Assembly (NCBI GenBank): GCA_035526335.1
Contig: DATLCN010000035.1
Span: forward strand, 39,824-103,823
Length of the DNA: 64,000 nt
From: Acidimicrobiales bacterium
GTDB taxonomy: Bacteria > Actinomycetota > Acidimicrobiia > Acidimicrobiales > GCA-2861595
Reading direction: 5' to 3'
Below, in pieces: positions 49,920 through 62,340 of the stretch. Below the pieces are notes generated by a model, which was not told the DNA's origin, searched no databases, and was given only the letters and a program-made list of their open reading frames with translations. Position 1 is the stretch's first letter, and every line of letters starts with the position of its first letter. The translations under genes and the position numbers were made by a program.

Positions 49920-52451
49920 CTAGGCCCAGGCCACGCAGCCCATCTCCGCCGCTCCGGCCAGATCCGGGTGGGCGGGCACGATGCGCAGGGCGTAGCCGTA
50001 GCGGCCGGCGTGGTCGCAGGAGAAGTGGCCGACGTACCGGAAGCGGCCAAGCTCCTCACCGGGGCCGGACGGCTCCATGTTGATCACTTTGGGCGAGGTG
50101 ATCTCGTCGTTGGGGCCGACCGTCCCGTGCAGCAGCTGGACGGCCACATCGTCGGCACCCAGTGGCCCCAGGGCCACCGTGGCGGTCACGGTTCGTTCGC
50201 CGCCGAGATCGGCGGGCGCCGCCTCGCTCTCCACCGAGTCGATGTGGATGTGGGCCCAGGATGAGAGCACCCGGGCCTTCCACACCGTCAGGGCGCGGGC
50301 TCGGGCGTAGCCGTCGCTGCTGAGGGCGTCGGCTCGCACGGACAGGGGCTCGTAGAGCTGTTCGACGTAGTCGCGCACCATCCGAGACGCGACCACCCGA
50401 GGCCCGAGCGACGTGAGGGAAGCCTTGATCCGCTTCACCCACCGGCGCGGCACCGGCCCCTCCACCCGCTCGTAGAAGAGCGGGACGATCTGGTGCTCGA
50501 GGATCTCGTAGAGGCTGTCGGCCTCCACCTGGTCCCGCCGGGCGAGGTCGTCGTAGGTCTCGGCCGAGGTGATGCCCCAGCCGTTCTCGCCGTCGAACAT
50601 CTCCGCCCACCAACCGTCGAGGACCGAGCAGTTGAGTGCCCCGTTGAGAGCGGCCTTCTCGCCACTCGTCCCGCACGCTTCGAAGGGCCGGCGGGGGGTG
50701 TTGAGCCAGACGTCGGAGCCCTGGTAGAGCAGGCTGGCCACGGCTATGTCGTAGTCTTCCACGAAGGCGATGCGGTGGCGCACCTCCGGGTCGCGGGAGA
50801 ACTGCACGATCTGGCGGATCATCTCCTTGCCGATGTCGTCGGCGGGATGGGCCTTACCGGCGAACACCAGCTGCACGGGGTGATCGGTGGAAAGAAGAAG
50901 CGACTTCAGCCGCTCCGGCTGGGACAGCAGAAGCGTGCCCCGCTTGTAGGAGGCGAAGCGCCGGGCGAACCCGATGGTAAGCGCACGAGGGTCGAGGACC
51001 TCGTCGCACCAGCCGGCATCAGAAGCGCTGATGCCCCTTGCCACGGCTGCGTTCCTCAGACGGTCGCGGACGAAAGCCACCAGCCGGTCTCGGCCCTGCT
51101 CGCGCACCCTCCACAACTCGTCCTCCCGAACGTCGCCCACGCGGGCCCACGCCGTCTCGTCGGCTTCATGCCAGGCCGGCACGATCGACCGGCTGAGCAG
51201 ATCGTCCATCTCGGGCGAGGTCCAGGTGTGAGCGTGGACACCGTTGGTCACCGAGCGGATCGGAAGCTCGTCGGCGGGAATGTTCGGCCAGAGCCCCTGG
51301 AACATCGTCCGGCTCACCTCGCCGTGGAGCTTCGACACGCCGTTGGCCATGCCTGCCAGCCGCAGTCCCATGACCGCCATGTTGAACGGCGCGTCGTCGG
51401 GCTCGCCGGGAAGATGACCCAGGTCCATGAGGCGGTCCATGTCGACGCGGCACTCATCGACCCAACCTTTGAAGTACCTCGCCATCAGATCCCGGGGGAA
51501 GCGGTCGATGCCGGCGGGCACTGGCGTGTGGGTGGTGAAGATGGTGGCGGCCCGCACCGCCTCCACCGCCTCGTCGAAGTTCATCCCCCCGTCCACGATG
51601 AGCCGGCGGATCCGCTCGAGGCCGAGGAAGCCGGCGTGGCCCTCGTTGGTGTGGAACACCTGCGTCGCCTCGCCCACGGCGTGGAGGAGCCGGACACCGC
51701 CGATGCCCAGGAGTATCTCCTGGCGGATCCGGTGCTCGCCGCCCCCGCCGTACAGGCGGTCGGTGACCAGCCGGCCCTCGGGGCCATTGTCGTCCACATC
51801 GGCATCGAGCAGGTAGAGGCGGACCCGCCCGACGTCGGCCCGCCATATCTGCGCGGTGAGACCCACGCCGGCCAGGTCGATGCTCACCCGTGCCCCCTCC
51901 ACCAGCTTGAGGGCCATGGCGTGAGGATCGAGGACGGGATAGCGCTCCTGCTGCCAACCGTCGGCGTTCAGGTCCTGCCGGAAGTAGCCCTGGCGGTAGA
52001 ACAGGCCCACGCCGACGAGGGGGACGCCGAGACCGCTGGCCGCCTTGAGATGGTCACCGGCCAGCACGCCGAGCCCGCCGGAGTACTGGGGCAGCGCCTC
52101 GGAGATGCCGAACTCGGGGGAGAAGTAGGCCACGGAGCGCAGCCCGCTGCCCGACCGGCCCTGGAACCAGCGGGGCGTGGCGAGGTAGCGCTGCAGGTCG
52201 TCGTGGACCTCGCCGAGGAACGTCATGAACGCCGGCTCCTTGGCCAGCGCGTCGAACCGTTCCCGGTGGACGACCCCGAGTAGGCGCACCGGATCGTGGC
52301 GGACCTGGTCCCACAACCGCGGGTCGATCCAGCGGAACAGATCGCGGGTGCGGCCGTCCCAGGACCACCGCAGGTTCATGGCCAGCTCCTGGAGGGGCGC
52401 CAGCGCCTCGGGTAGTCGGGCACGGACGGTGAAGCTGCGGAGCGCCTTCAT
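49920..52451 (-). CDS. glgP: alpha-glucan phosphorylase (GlgP, actinobacterial/archaeal type)
   Basis: 843 aa with 'AYFSPEFGISEALPQYSGGLGVLAGDHLKAAS' and 'SGEKAALNG'. Confidence 0.95.
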   Translation of the reverse strand: MKALRSFTVRARLPEALAPLQELAMNLRWSWDGRTRDLFRWIDPRLWDQVRHDPVRLLGVVHRERFDALAKEPAFMTFLGEVHDDLQRYLATPRWFQGRSGSGLRSVAYFSPEFGISEALPQYSGGLGVLAGDHLKAASGLGVPLVGVGLFYRQGYFRQDLNADGWQQERYPVLDPHAMALKLVEGARVSIDLAGVGLTAQIWRADVGRVRLYLLDADVDDNGPEGRLVTDRLYGGGGEHRIRQEILLGIGGVRLLHAVGEATQVFHTNEGHAGFLGLERIRRLIVDGGMNFDEAVEAVRAATIFTTHTPVPAGIDRFPRDLMARYFKGWVDECRVDMDRLMDLGHLPGEPDDAPFNMAVMGLRLAGMANGVSKLHGEVSRTMFQGLWPNIPADELPIRSVTNGVHAHTWTSPEMDDLLSRSIVPAWHEADETAWARVGDVREDELWRVREQGRDRLVAFVRDRLRNAAVARGISASDAGWCDEVLDPRALTIGFARRFASYKRGTLLLSQPERLKSLLLSTDHPVQLVFAGKAHPADDIGKEMIRQIVQFSRDPEVRHRIAFVEDYDIAVASLLYQGSDVWLNTPRRPFEACGTSGEKAALNGALNCSVLDGWWAEMFDGENGWGITSAETYDDLARRDQVEADSLYEILEHQIVPLFYERVEGPVPRRWVKRIKASLTSLGPRVVASRMVRDYVEQLYEPLSVRADALSSDGYARARALTVWKARVLSSWAHIHIDSVESEAAPADLGGERTVTATVALGPLGADDVAVQLLHGTVGPNDEITSPKVINMEPSGPGEELGRFRYVGHFSCDHAGRYGYALRIVPAHPDLAGAAEMGCVAWA

Positions 52452-52800
52452 CTCGTCACGATACCGGCCGGGCGAATGGATCCCGGCCTTAGTGCAGCAC
52501 CGACCGTGCGCTTCTCTCGACCCTCTTCGGCACTATCGACTTCTGGGTCATCCACCCAAGGAAGCGACCTCGCTCTTCAGACCCCGCCGCGCAGCCCGGG
52601 AGCATCCAACCCCTGACGCCCGGGTCCGGAACCCGGCCATTTCGCCGATGATCCAAAACCGTGGCCGGCGGGGCAGTGACGCCGCTGGAGACGAGCGTCT
52701 CGCTCACCCGTTCGAGTAACCGAGCGGCCCGCGGCCCGAACGCCGGACCGAAGTGATGATGGAGGTTTCCTTACTGTCCGCAGAGTGGTAGGCCAGAGGG

Positions 52801-54734
52801 GTGAGCCTCGGCAGGATCATCGTGGACGACGTGCGCCCCAGTGCGCCTCGTGGTTATCCGGCCAAGGCGGTGGTGGGGCAGTCGGTGCGGGTCTCGGCCG
52901 ACATCTACAAGGACGGCCACGACATCCTTGCCGCCCGCGTTCGGTGGGGACCGGTGTTGCCGTCGGGGGATGCAAAGACCAATACCGCCGCCATGGCCAA
53001 ACTGGACAACGACCGGTGGGAGGCGGTCATAGAGCCCGATGCCCTGGGCCGTCACGAGCTGGTGATCGAGGGCTGGACCGACGCGTACACCACCTGGCGC
53101 CACAAGGTCACCACCAAGCTGGCGGCCGGCCAGGACATCTTCGTGGAGATGGAGGAGGGTGCCCGGATCCTCGAGAGCCGTGCCGCTACCGCCGGCCGGG
53201 AGGACAAGGCGTTCCTGCGGGACCTGGCCGCGACCATGAGGACCGGGGATCAACCTCCGGCCGCACGGCTCGCTCCCGTCGTCACCGACCGGGTGGCCGA
53301 TCTGCTCGCCGGCCCGGAGGGGGCGGCCGATCTCACCGCCGGCGTGCCGGTGCCGCTGTGGGTGGACCGTGAAAGGGCGCTTTTCGGGGCCTGGTACGAG
53401 CTGTTCCCCCGCGCCTACGGCGGTTTCGCGGGCACCGCCGAGCGACTACCCGCGGTCGCCGCCATGGGCTTCGACGTCGTCTATCTGCCGCCCATCCATC
53501 CCATCGGCAGGGCCCACCGCAAGGGGCCGAACAACGCCACGGGCGCATCCCCCGACGATCCCGGCAGCCCCTGGGCCATCGGCGGACCAGAAGGCGGGCA
53601 CACCGCCATCCATCCTGAGCTGGGCTCCTTCACGGACTTCGAGGCGCTGGTGGAGAGGGCGCGTTCCCTGGGCATGGAGATCGCCCTCGACTACGCCCTC
53701 CAGTGCTCGCCCGACCACCCGTGGGTCTCCGACCATCCCGAGTGGTTCCACCACCGCCCCGACGGTTCCATCGCCTATGCCGAGAACCCGCCGAAGAAGT
53801 ACCAGGACATCTACCCCGTCAACTTCTGGCCCGAGCAGGAGGTCGACCGCCAGGCGCTCTGGGACGCCTGCGCCGAGATCCTGGACTTCTGGATCGGCCA
53901 AGGCGTTCGCATCTTCCGGGTCGACAATCCCCACACCAAGCCGGTCGCCTTCTGGGAGTGGCTGATCCCGCGGGTGCAGGCCGAACATGCCGATGTGCTC
54001 TTCCTCGCGGAGGCCTTCACCCGGCCGAAGGTGATGGCCAAGCTGGCCGAGGTCGGCTTCACCCAGAGCTACACCTACTTCACCTGGCGGACCGCGGCCC
54101 ACGAGCTCCAGGACTACCTGGAGGAGCTGGCCCATGGCCCGCTGGCCGACTACATGCGGCCCAACTTCTGGCCCAACACCCCCGACATCCTCTCGGGGCC
54201 GTTGCGCGACGGACCGCCGGCGGCTTTCAAGCAGCGACTGGTTCTCGCCGCCACCATGACCCCCTCCTACGGGATCTACAGCGGCTACGAGCTGTGCGAG
54301 AACGCGCCGGCGTCGGAGACCAACGAGGAGTACCACCGCTCCGAGAAGTACGAGATCAAGGATCGGGACTGGGACCAGCCGGACTCGCTGGCGCCCTTCG
54401 TCACCGTCGTCAACGACGTCCGCCGCCGTCACCCTGCGCTGCAGATGCTGCGCAGCATCGCTTTCCACGCCAGCGCCAACCCGTCCATCATCGCCTACTC
54501 CAAGCACACCGACGACCGCTCCGACGTCGTTCTGACGGTCGTGAACCTGGACCCCTTCGCCGCCCAGGAGACGACCCTCGACCTGAACCTCGGTCTGCTG
54601 GGTCTCCCGTGGGACAGCCCCTACGACGCATACGACGAACTGGCGGGACAGGCCCACCGTTGGAGCGGGTCGCACCCCTACGTCCGCCTCGACCCCGACC
54701 AGGCGGCCCACGTCTTCCATCTACGCCGTATCCG

Positions 54735-54738
<4 letters not shown>
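52801..54738 (+). CDS. glgE: alpha-1,4-glucan:maltose-1-phosphate maltosyltransferase
   Basis: 645 aa with '[38 protein letters not shown]' and '[10 protein letters not shown]'. Confidence 0.95.
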
Positions 54739-56416
<1,678 letters not shown>

Positions 56417-56420
<4 letters not shown>

Positions 56421-57703
56421 CCCTAACTGCCGGCGTCGAGCCGCTCCTGGCGCCCTACCTCGGCCGGCAGCGCTGGTTCGCGGGGGAGGAGCCCTCAGGG
56501 GTGGAGATCGTGGCCAGCGAGGAGCTGGAGGAGGGCCTCCTCTGGTTGCTGGCGGATGCCGGCGGGGCCGTCTACCAGGTGCTCGTCGGAACCAGGGGAG
56601 CCGAGGACCAGCGGGAGTTCCTGCACGGCCACGACGTGCAGGTGCTCGGTGTGGTCGACGGGCGCGTGGCTTTCGACGCCCTGCTCGACCCCGACTACGC
56701 GAGGTCGGTGCTGGCCCGGGTGTGCCCCGACCATGAGGGCAAGCTGATGCGGCCCATGGGCGCCGAGCAGTCGAACAGCTCGCTGGTGTTCGACGACACG
56801 GTTGTGCTCAAGCTGTTCCGCCGCCTTCACCACGGGCCCAACCCCGACGTGGAGATCACCACCGCCCTGGCCGCCGCCGGCTTCGCCCATGTGGCCGAGC
56901 CCTTCGGCCTGTGGCGCCGGGACGACCTCGACCTCGCTGTCGCCACCCGCTATCTTGCCGGCGGTTCCGAGGGCTGGGCCCTGGCCCAGACGTCGCTGCG
57001 CGACCTGTACGCGACCAACTGCGAGGATCCGGCCCAGTGCGGGGGGGACTTCGCGGCGGAGGCGAGCCGTCTCGGCACCATGACGGCATCGATGCACCTG
57101 GCTCTGGCCGAGCGGTTCGGCACCGCGCGAGGCGACCATGTGGCGTGGGCCGGCGGCCTGGAAGCTCAGCTGTCACAGCTGGCCGACGGCGACTTCGATC
57201 CGGCGCCGGCCAAGGACTTCGTCGAGCGTCTGCGGGCCGCGACCGATGCCGGCCGCGCCATCCGCGTGCACGGCGACTACCACCTCGGCCAGGTCATGCG
57301 CACAGACACCGGCTGGTTCGTCCTGGACTTCGAGGGCGAGCCGGCGCGGCCCCTCGAAGAGCGGCGCCTGAGCACCTCCCCCATGAAGGACGTGGGTGGG
57401 ATGCTCCGATCGTTCCACTATGCCGCCCAGGTCGCGCTCACCGAGCGGGACGTGATCGAACACGACGACCTCCTGCCCCACGCAGTGGCGTGGGAGCGGC
57501 GGAACCAGGGTGCCTTCCTGGCCGGCTACTTCGGGACCCCGGGCATCGACGCCCTCCTGCCGGAGGGCCCCGACCAGCGTGATCTGGTGCTGGCCGCGTT
57601 CGAGCTGGACAAGGCGGTCTACGAGGTCCTCTACGAGCGAGCGTACCGTCCCGATCTGGTCCATATCCCGCTCGGAGCCATCTCCAGGGTCCTCCGGGGG
57701 TAG
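56417..57703 (+). CDS. pep2: maltokinase (Pep2/Mak)
   Basis: '[14 protein letters not shown]' and the kinase core '[12 protein letters not shown]...VLDFEGEP'. GTG 56417 overlaps the treS stop. Confidence 0.9.
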
Positions 57704-57712
57704 AAGAGTCAG

Positions 57713-59923
57713 ATGCCCACCAGCTCACCCCGTCGCAGCGACAACTCCGCCGCCGACATCGCCCGCCTCGTCGAAGGCTCCCATGGCGACCCTCACCACG
57801 TCCTCGGCGTGCACGACGGGGTGGTGCGGGCCTACCGCCCGGGCGCCCGGGCCATGCGGGTCGTGCCCGCCGGCGGGGAGCCCATCCCCATGAGCAAGGT
57901 GCACGATGCCGGCGTGTTCGAAGCCAAGGTGCCGCCCCACCTGCTCCCCGACGATGCCGGCTACCGCCTGGAGGCCGACTATCCCGACGGGAGCTTCTCC
58001 TGGGAGGACCCCTACCGCTTCTGGCCGACCCTCGGTGACGTCGACCTGCACCTGCTCGGCGAGGGCCGGCACCGCCGTCTCTGGCGCGTGCTCGGCGCCC
58101 ATCTGCGCACCCACCAGGGCGTGCAGGGCACCTCGTTCGCGGTGTGGGCGCCCAGTGCCCGGTCCGTGCGGGTGGTCGGTGACTTCAACTTCTGGGACGG
58201 CCGGATGCACCCCATGCGCTCTCTCGGCTCGTCGGGGATCTGGGAGCTGTTCGTTCCGGGCGTGGGCGCCGGCGCCGTCTACAAGTACGAGATCCTCACC
58301 GGGGCGGGCCACCTGACCAAGAAGGCCGATCCGGTGGCGTTCACCGCCGAGCTGCCTCCCGGCACCTCAAGTGTGGTCAGCTCCTCGTCGCACCGGTGGG
58401 GCGACGAGCCATGGATGGCCGCCCGGGAGACGAAGCCGGCGCTGGCACACCCCATGTCGGTCTACGAGCTCCACCTGGGATCGTGGCGTCGCAACCCCGA
58501 GGATGGTCACCGGCCCCTCACATACCGGGAGCTGGCCGAGCAACTGCCGGGCTACGTCGCCGACCTCGGCTTCACCCACGTGGAGCTGATGCCCGTGGCG
58601 GAACATCCCTTCGGGCCCTCGTGGGGCTACCAGATCTCGTCCTACTTCGCCCCCACCAGCCGCTACGGCCCGCCCGACGACCTCCGGATCCTCGTAGACG
58701 CCCTGCACCAGGCCGGTATCGGGGTGGTGATCGACTGGGTGCCGGCGCACTTCCCCCGTGACGACTGGGCGCTGGCCCGCTTCGACGGGACCGCCCTCTA
58801 CGAGCACGAGGATCCGCGCAAGGGCTCACACCCGGACTGGGGCACCCTGGTGTTCAACTATGGGCGCAACGAAGTCCGGAACTTCCTCATCGCCAATGCC
58901 CTCTACTGGCTGGAGGAGTACCACATCGACGGGCTGCGGGTGGATGCCGTGGCGTCGATGCTGTACCTCGATTACTCCCGCGAGGAGGGGGAGTGGATCG
59001 CCAACGAATTCGGCGGGCGGGAGAACCTCGAGGCCGTCGCCTTCCTCAAGGAGCTCAACGAGGTGGTCTACGCCGAACACCCGGGCGCCGTCACCGTGGC
59101 CGAGGAGTCCACCGCCTGGCCGGCGGTGTCGCGGCCCACCTACCTGGGCGGTCTGGGCTTCGGGTTCAAGTGGAACATGGGCTGGATGCACGACACCCTC
59201 GACTACTTCGCCAAGGACCCGATCCATCGCCGCTACCACCACCACGAGCTGACCTTCGGTCTGCTGTACGCCTTCAGCGAGAACTTCATCCTGCCTCTGA
59301 GCCACGACGAGGTCGTGCACGGCAAGGGTTCGCTGTTGGGGAAGATGCCCGGCGACCGCTGGCAGCGCCTGGCCAACCTCCGTTGCCTTCTTGCCTGGAT
59401 GTGGGCCCATCCCGGCAAGCAGCTGCTCTTCATGGGCGGCGAGATCGGCCAGGAGCGCGAGTGGCGCCACGACGACAGCATCGACTGGCACCTGCTCGAC
59501 GACCCCGGGCACCGCGGCATCCAGGACCTGGTCCGCCGCTTGAACGAGGCTTATAAGGCACACCCCGCCCTGTGGCAGCGCGACTCGGTACCCGAGGGCT
59601 TCCAATGGATCGACGCCAGCGACGTCGAAGGCAACGTTCTCTCGTTCCTCCGCCTGTCGGCTGACGGCAGCCCCCTGGCCTGCGTGGCCAACCTGTCCCC
59701 GGTGCCCCGCGAGGGCTATCGCATCGGGCTTCCCAGCGCCGGCGCGTGGCGGGAGGTGCTCAACACCGACGCCCTCGGTTTCGGCGGCAGCGGCGTGGGT
59801 GCCGGCGGCGAGGTCCAGGCCATGGAGCACCCCGCGCACGGGCTCCCGTGCTCGGTGGCGCTCACGTTGCCGCCCCTGGCGGTGCTCTGGCTGGCCCCGG
59901 CGGCCGGGCCTGCGCTTCCATAG
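57713..59923 (+). CDS. glgB: 1,4-alpha-glucan branching enzyme
   Basis: 736 aa with '[12 protein letters not shown]', '[13 protein letters not shown]' and '[11 protein letters not shown]'. Confidence 0.97.
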   Translation: MPTSSPRRSDNSAADIARLVEGSHGDPHHVLGVHDGVVRAYRPGARAMRVVPAGGEPIPMSKVHDAGVFEAKVPPHLLPDDAGYRLEADYPDGSFSWEDPYRFWPTLGDVDLHLLGEGRHRRLWRVLGAHLRTHQGVQGTSFAVWAPSARSVRVVGDFNFWDGRMHPMRSLGSSGIWELFVPGVGAGAVYKYEILTGAGHLTKKADPVAFTAELPPGTSSVVSSSSHRWGDEPWMAARETKPALAHPMSVYELHLGSWRRNPEDGHRPLTYRELAEQLPGYVADLGFTHVELMPVAEHPFGPSWGYQISSYFAPTSRYGPPDDLRILVDALHQAGIGVVIDWVPAHFPRDDWALARFDGTALYEHEDPRKGSHPDWGTLVFNYGRNEVRNFLIANALYWLEEYHIDGLRVDAVASMLYLDYSREEGEWIANEFGGRENLEAVAFLKELNEVVYAEHPGAVTVAEESTAWPAVSRPTYLGGLGFGFKWNMGWMHDTLDYFAKDPIHRRYHHHELTFGLLYAFSENFILPLSHDEVVHGKGSLLGKMPGDRWQRLANLRCLLAWMWAHPGKQLLFMGGEIGQEREWRHDDSIDWHLLDDPGHRGIQDLVRRLNEAYKAHPALWQRDSVPEGFQWIDASDVEGNVLSFLRLSADGSPLACVANLSPVPREGYRIGLPSAGAWREVLNTDALGFGGSGVGAGGEVQAMEHPAHGLPCSVALTLPPLAVLWLAPAAGPALP

Positions 59924-59929
59924 AGAGCC

Positions 59930-62239
59930 TTGGCTCCCGAGCTCGCCGTACACGGCCACTTCTACCAACCCCCGAGGGAGAACCCGTGGACCGAGGAGGT
60001 GGCGCGCGAGACGTCGGCCGCGCCCTTCCACGACTGGAACGAGCGGATCGCAGCCGAGGCCTACCGGCCGAACGCCGCCGCCCGCATCCTCGACGACGCC
60101 GGCCGGGTGGTCGCCATCGTCAACAACTACGAGCGACTCTCCTTCGACGCCGGGCCCACCCTCATGGCGTGGTTGGAGCGTCACGAACCTGACGTATACG
60201 CCGCCATCATCGCCGCCGACGCCCGAGGTGGGGGCGCCATGGCCCAGGCCCACGGCCACATCATCCTGCCGCTGGCTTCTCCTCGGGACGTGCGCACCCA
60301 GATCCGCTGGGGACTGGCGGACTTCGTCTACCGGTTCCGCCGGCCGGCGGACGGCATGTGGCTGCCCGAGACGGCGGTGAACGACGACGTGCTAGCCGTC
60401 CTCGCCGAGGAGGGTGTCGCCTTCACCATCCTGGCTGCCCACCAGGCGGCGACCCAGCTGCAACCCATCGACACCAGCCGGGCCTACCGCTGGACCCATC
60501 CCGACGGCTCCGGCAGGTCGGTCGCGCTGATCTTCTACGACGGCGGGCTCTCCCACGCTCTGGCCTTCGAACTGGCGGGGTTGTCCAGCCGGGCCTTCCT
60601 CGACAGGGTCACCGACGGCCACTCCGGCCTCGTCACGGTGGCGGCCGATGGGGAGACATTCGGGCACCACCAGCGCTGGGGAGAGCGCTTCCTGGCCCAC
60701 TCCCTCGCCGTGGAGGCGCCCCGGCACGGGGTCGAGGTCGTCAACGTCGCCCGGTACCTGGCCGCCCACCCGCCTGGAAGACCGGCCTCGGTGCGGGAGA
60801 GCAGCTGGTCGTGTGCCCATGGCGTGGGCCGGTGGCGGGAGGACTGCGGATGCTCCACGGGCGCCCGGCCGGGCTGGGACCAGCGGTGGCGGACACCGCT
60901 GCGAGCGGCACTCGACGGGCTCCGCGACCACGCCGCCGCCGTCTTCGAACGACGGGGGACATCGGTGCTGGCCGATCCCTGGGCGGCCCGCGACCGCTAC
61001 GTCGACGTACTTCTCGGGGCCCGGACCCCCGAGGAGTTCGCCGCCGCCCACGTCACCGGAGACCCCGTGGTGGCGTTCAGCCTGCTCGAGGCACAGCGCC
61101 ACGCCATGGCCATGTACACCTCGTGCGGGTGGTTCTTCAACGACCTGGCGGGGCTGGAGACGGTGCAGGTGCTGCGCTACGCGGCGCGGGTGATGGACCT
61201 CCTCCGGGAGCTCGACGAGGATCCCGGCGAGGTCGCCTTCCTCGAGGTGCTGGACAAGGCGGAGAGCAACGTCGCCGAGGAGGGCGCCGGCCGGGATGTC
61301 TGGGCCAACCACGTGGTGCCGGCGCGGGTGGATGCCCACCGGGCGGTGGCGCACCTGGCCCTGGTCGACCTGCTCGAAGGTCGCCGCCCCGCAGGTGAGG
61401 CCGGGGCCTTCGAGGTGCACGCGGTGGAGCACTTCCGGGCCGACCGCGGCGCGGTGGCTCTCTCCTCGGGCCACGTGGCGCTCACCCATCGGCGGACCGG
61501 CCGGCGGACTGAGCACCTGTGGGCCGCGCTCCACCTCGGTGGACTCGAGGTGGTCGGCTCCACCCGCACATTCGACTCCGGATCGGAGGAGGCCGGCGAA
61601 GCTCTGCACACCCTCCGCCGCGCCTTCGACGACGGCGCTCCGGTCACCACGCTCCTGCGCATGGTCGGGGGGCTGGGGCCCCGCGAGTTCGACCTCCGGT
61701 CCGCCCTCCCCGACGCGGCCGAGCGGCTGGTGGAGAACGCCGCGGCCGCGCTGTCCGACCGGTTCGCGGCGGCCTACGAGCGCCTCGTGGACGACCACTG
61801 GCACATTCTCAAGGCCTTCGCCTCAGCCGGCCACCCCATTCCCCCCGAGCTGCGGGCCCCCGCCGAGCTGGTGCTGGCCCGCCGTCTCGAGGCGGAGATC
61901 CTCGCTCAGCACGGCTCGCTGGAGGCCGGCGCCTACAACGCGGCCCGGCGCATCGCGCAGGAGGCAACGGCCAGTGGCTTCGCCGTCGACACACCCAGAG
62001 TGCGGGAGGCCATCAGCCGCCTTCTCCTGGCCGCGGTGAGCCGGGCCGTCGACGGCGCCGGCGTGGACGAGGCCATCGCCGTGCTCCGCCTGGCCCGGGA
62101 GCTCCGAGTCGCCGTGCCCGTCGAGCGACCCCAGGAGCTGGTCCACGCGGCCCTGACCGGCGACGAGGCCGGCGTGGACGTGAACCAACGCAAGGGCCTC
62201 CGTCCGTTGGCCACGGCACTCAACCTCGCCGTCGACTAG
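59930..62239 (+). CDS. GH57-family glycoside hydrolase with a DUF3536-type C-terminal region
   Basis: 769 aa with 'VHGHFYQPPRENPW', 'NYERLSFDAGPTLMAWL' and 'MWLPETAV'. Confidence 0.88.
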   Translation: MAPELAVHGHFYQPPRENPWTEEVARETSAAPFHDWNERIAAEAYRPNAAARILDDAGRVVAIVNNYERLSFDAGPTLMAWLERHEPDVYAAIIAADARGGGAMAQAHGHIILPLASPRDVRTQIRWGLADFVYRFRRPADGMWLPETAVNDDVLAVLAEEGVAFTILAAHQAATQLQPIDTSRAYRWTHPDGSGRSVALIFYDGGLSHALAFELAGLSSRAFLDRVTDGHSGLVTVAADGETFGHHQRWGERFLAHSLAVEAPRHGVEVVNVARYLAAHPPGRPASVRESSWSCAHGVGRWREDCGCSTGARPGWDQRWRTPLRAALDGLRDHAAAVFERRGTSVLADPWAARDRYVDVLLGARTPEEFAAAHVTGDPVVAFSLLEAQRHAMAMYTSCGWFFNDLAGLETVQVLRYAARVMDLLRELDEDPGEVAFLEVLDKAESNVAEEGAGRDVWANHVVPARVDAHRAVAHLALVDLLEGRRPAGEAGAFEVHAVEHFRADRGAVALSSGHVALTHRRTGRRTEHLWAALHLGGLEVVGSTRTFDSGSEEAGEALHTLRRAFDDGAPVTTLLRMVGGLGPREFDLRSALPDAAERLVENAAAALSDRFAAAYERLVDDHWHILKAFASAGHPIPPELRAPAELVLARRLEAEILAQHGSLEAGAYNAARRIAQEATASGFAVDTPRVREAISRLLLAAVSRAVDGAGVDEAIAVLRLARELRVAVPVERPQELVHAALTGDEAGVDVNQRKGLRPLATALNLAVD

Positions 62240-62340
62240 CCAGGCCTCTGCCCCGCGGTTACCGGGTCCTGCTCACCCGGATGTGCGATCAAGGTGCCCA
62301 CGGTAGAACTTGATCGGATCATCCCGTATGGTCCCCAGCC

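Noticed and set aside
52489-52707. 72-aa minus-strand ORF upstream of glgP as a real gene
   Set aside because: It has no recognisable family, no convincing SD, and only moderate codon bias. I mention it within the spacer finding but do not call it as a feature.
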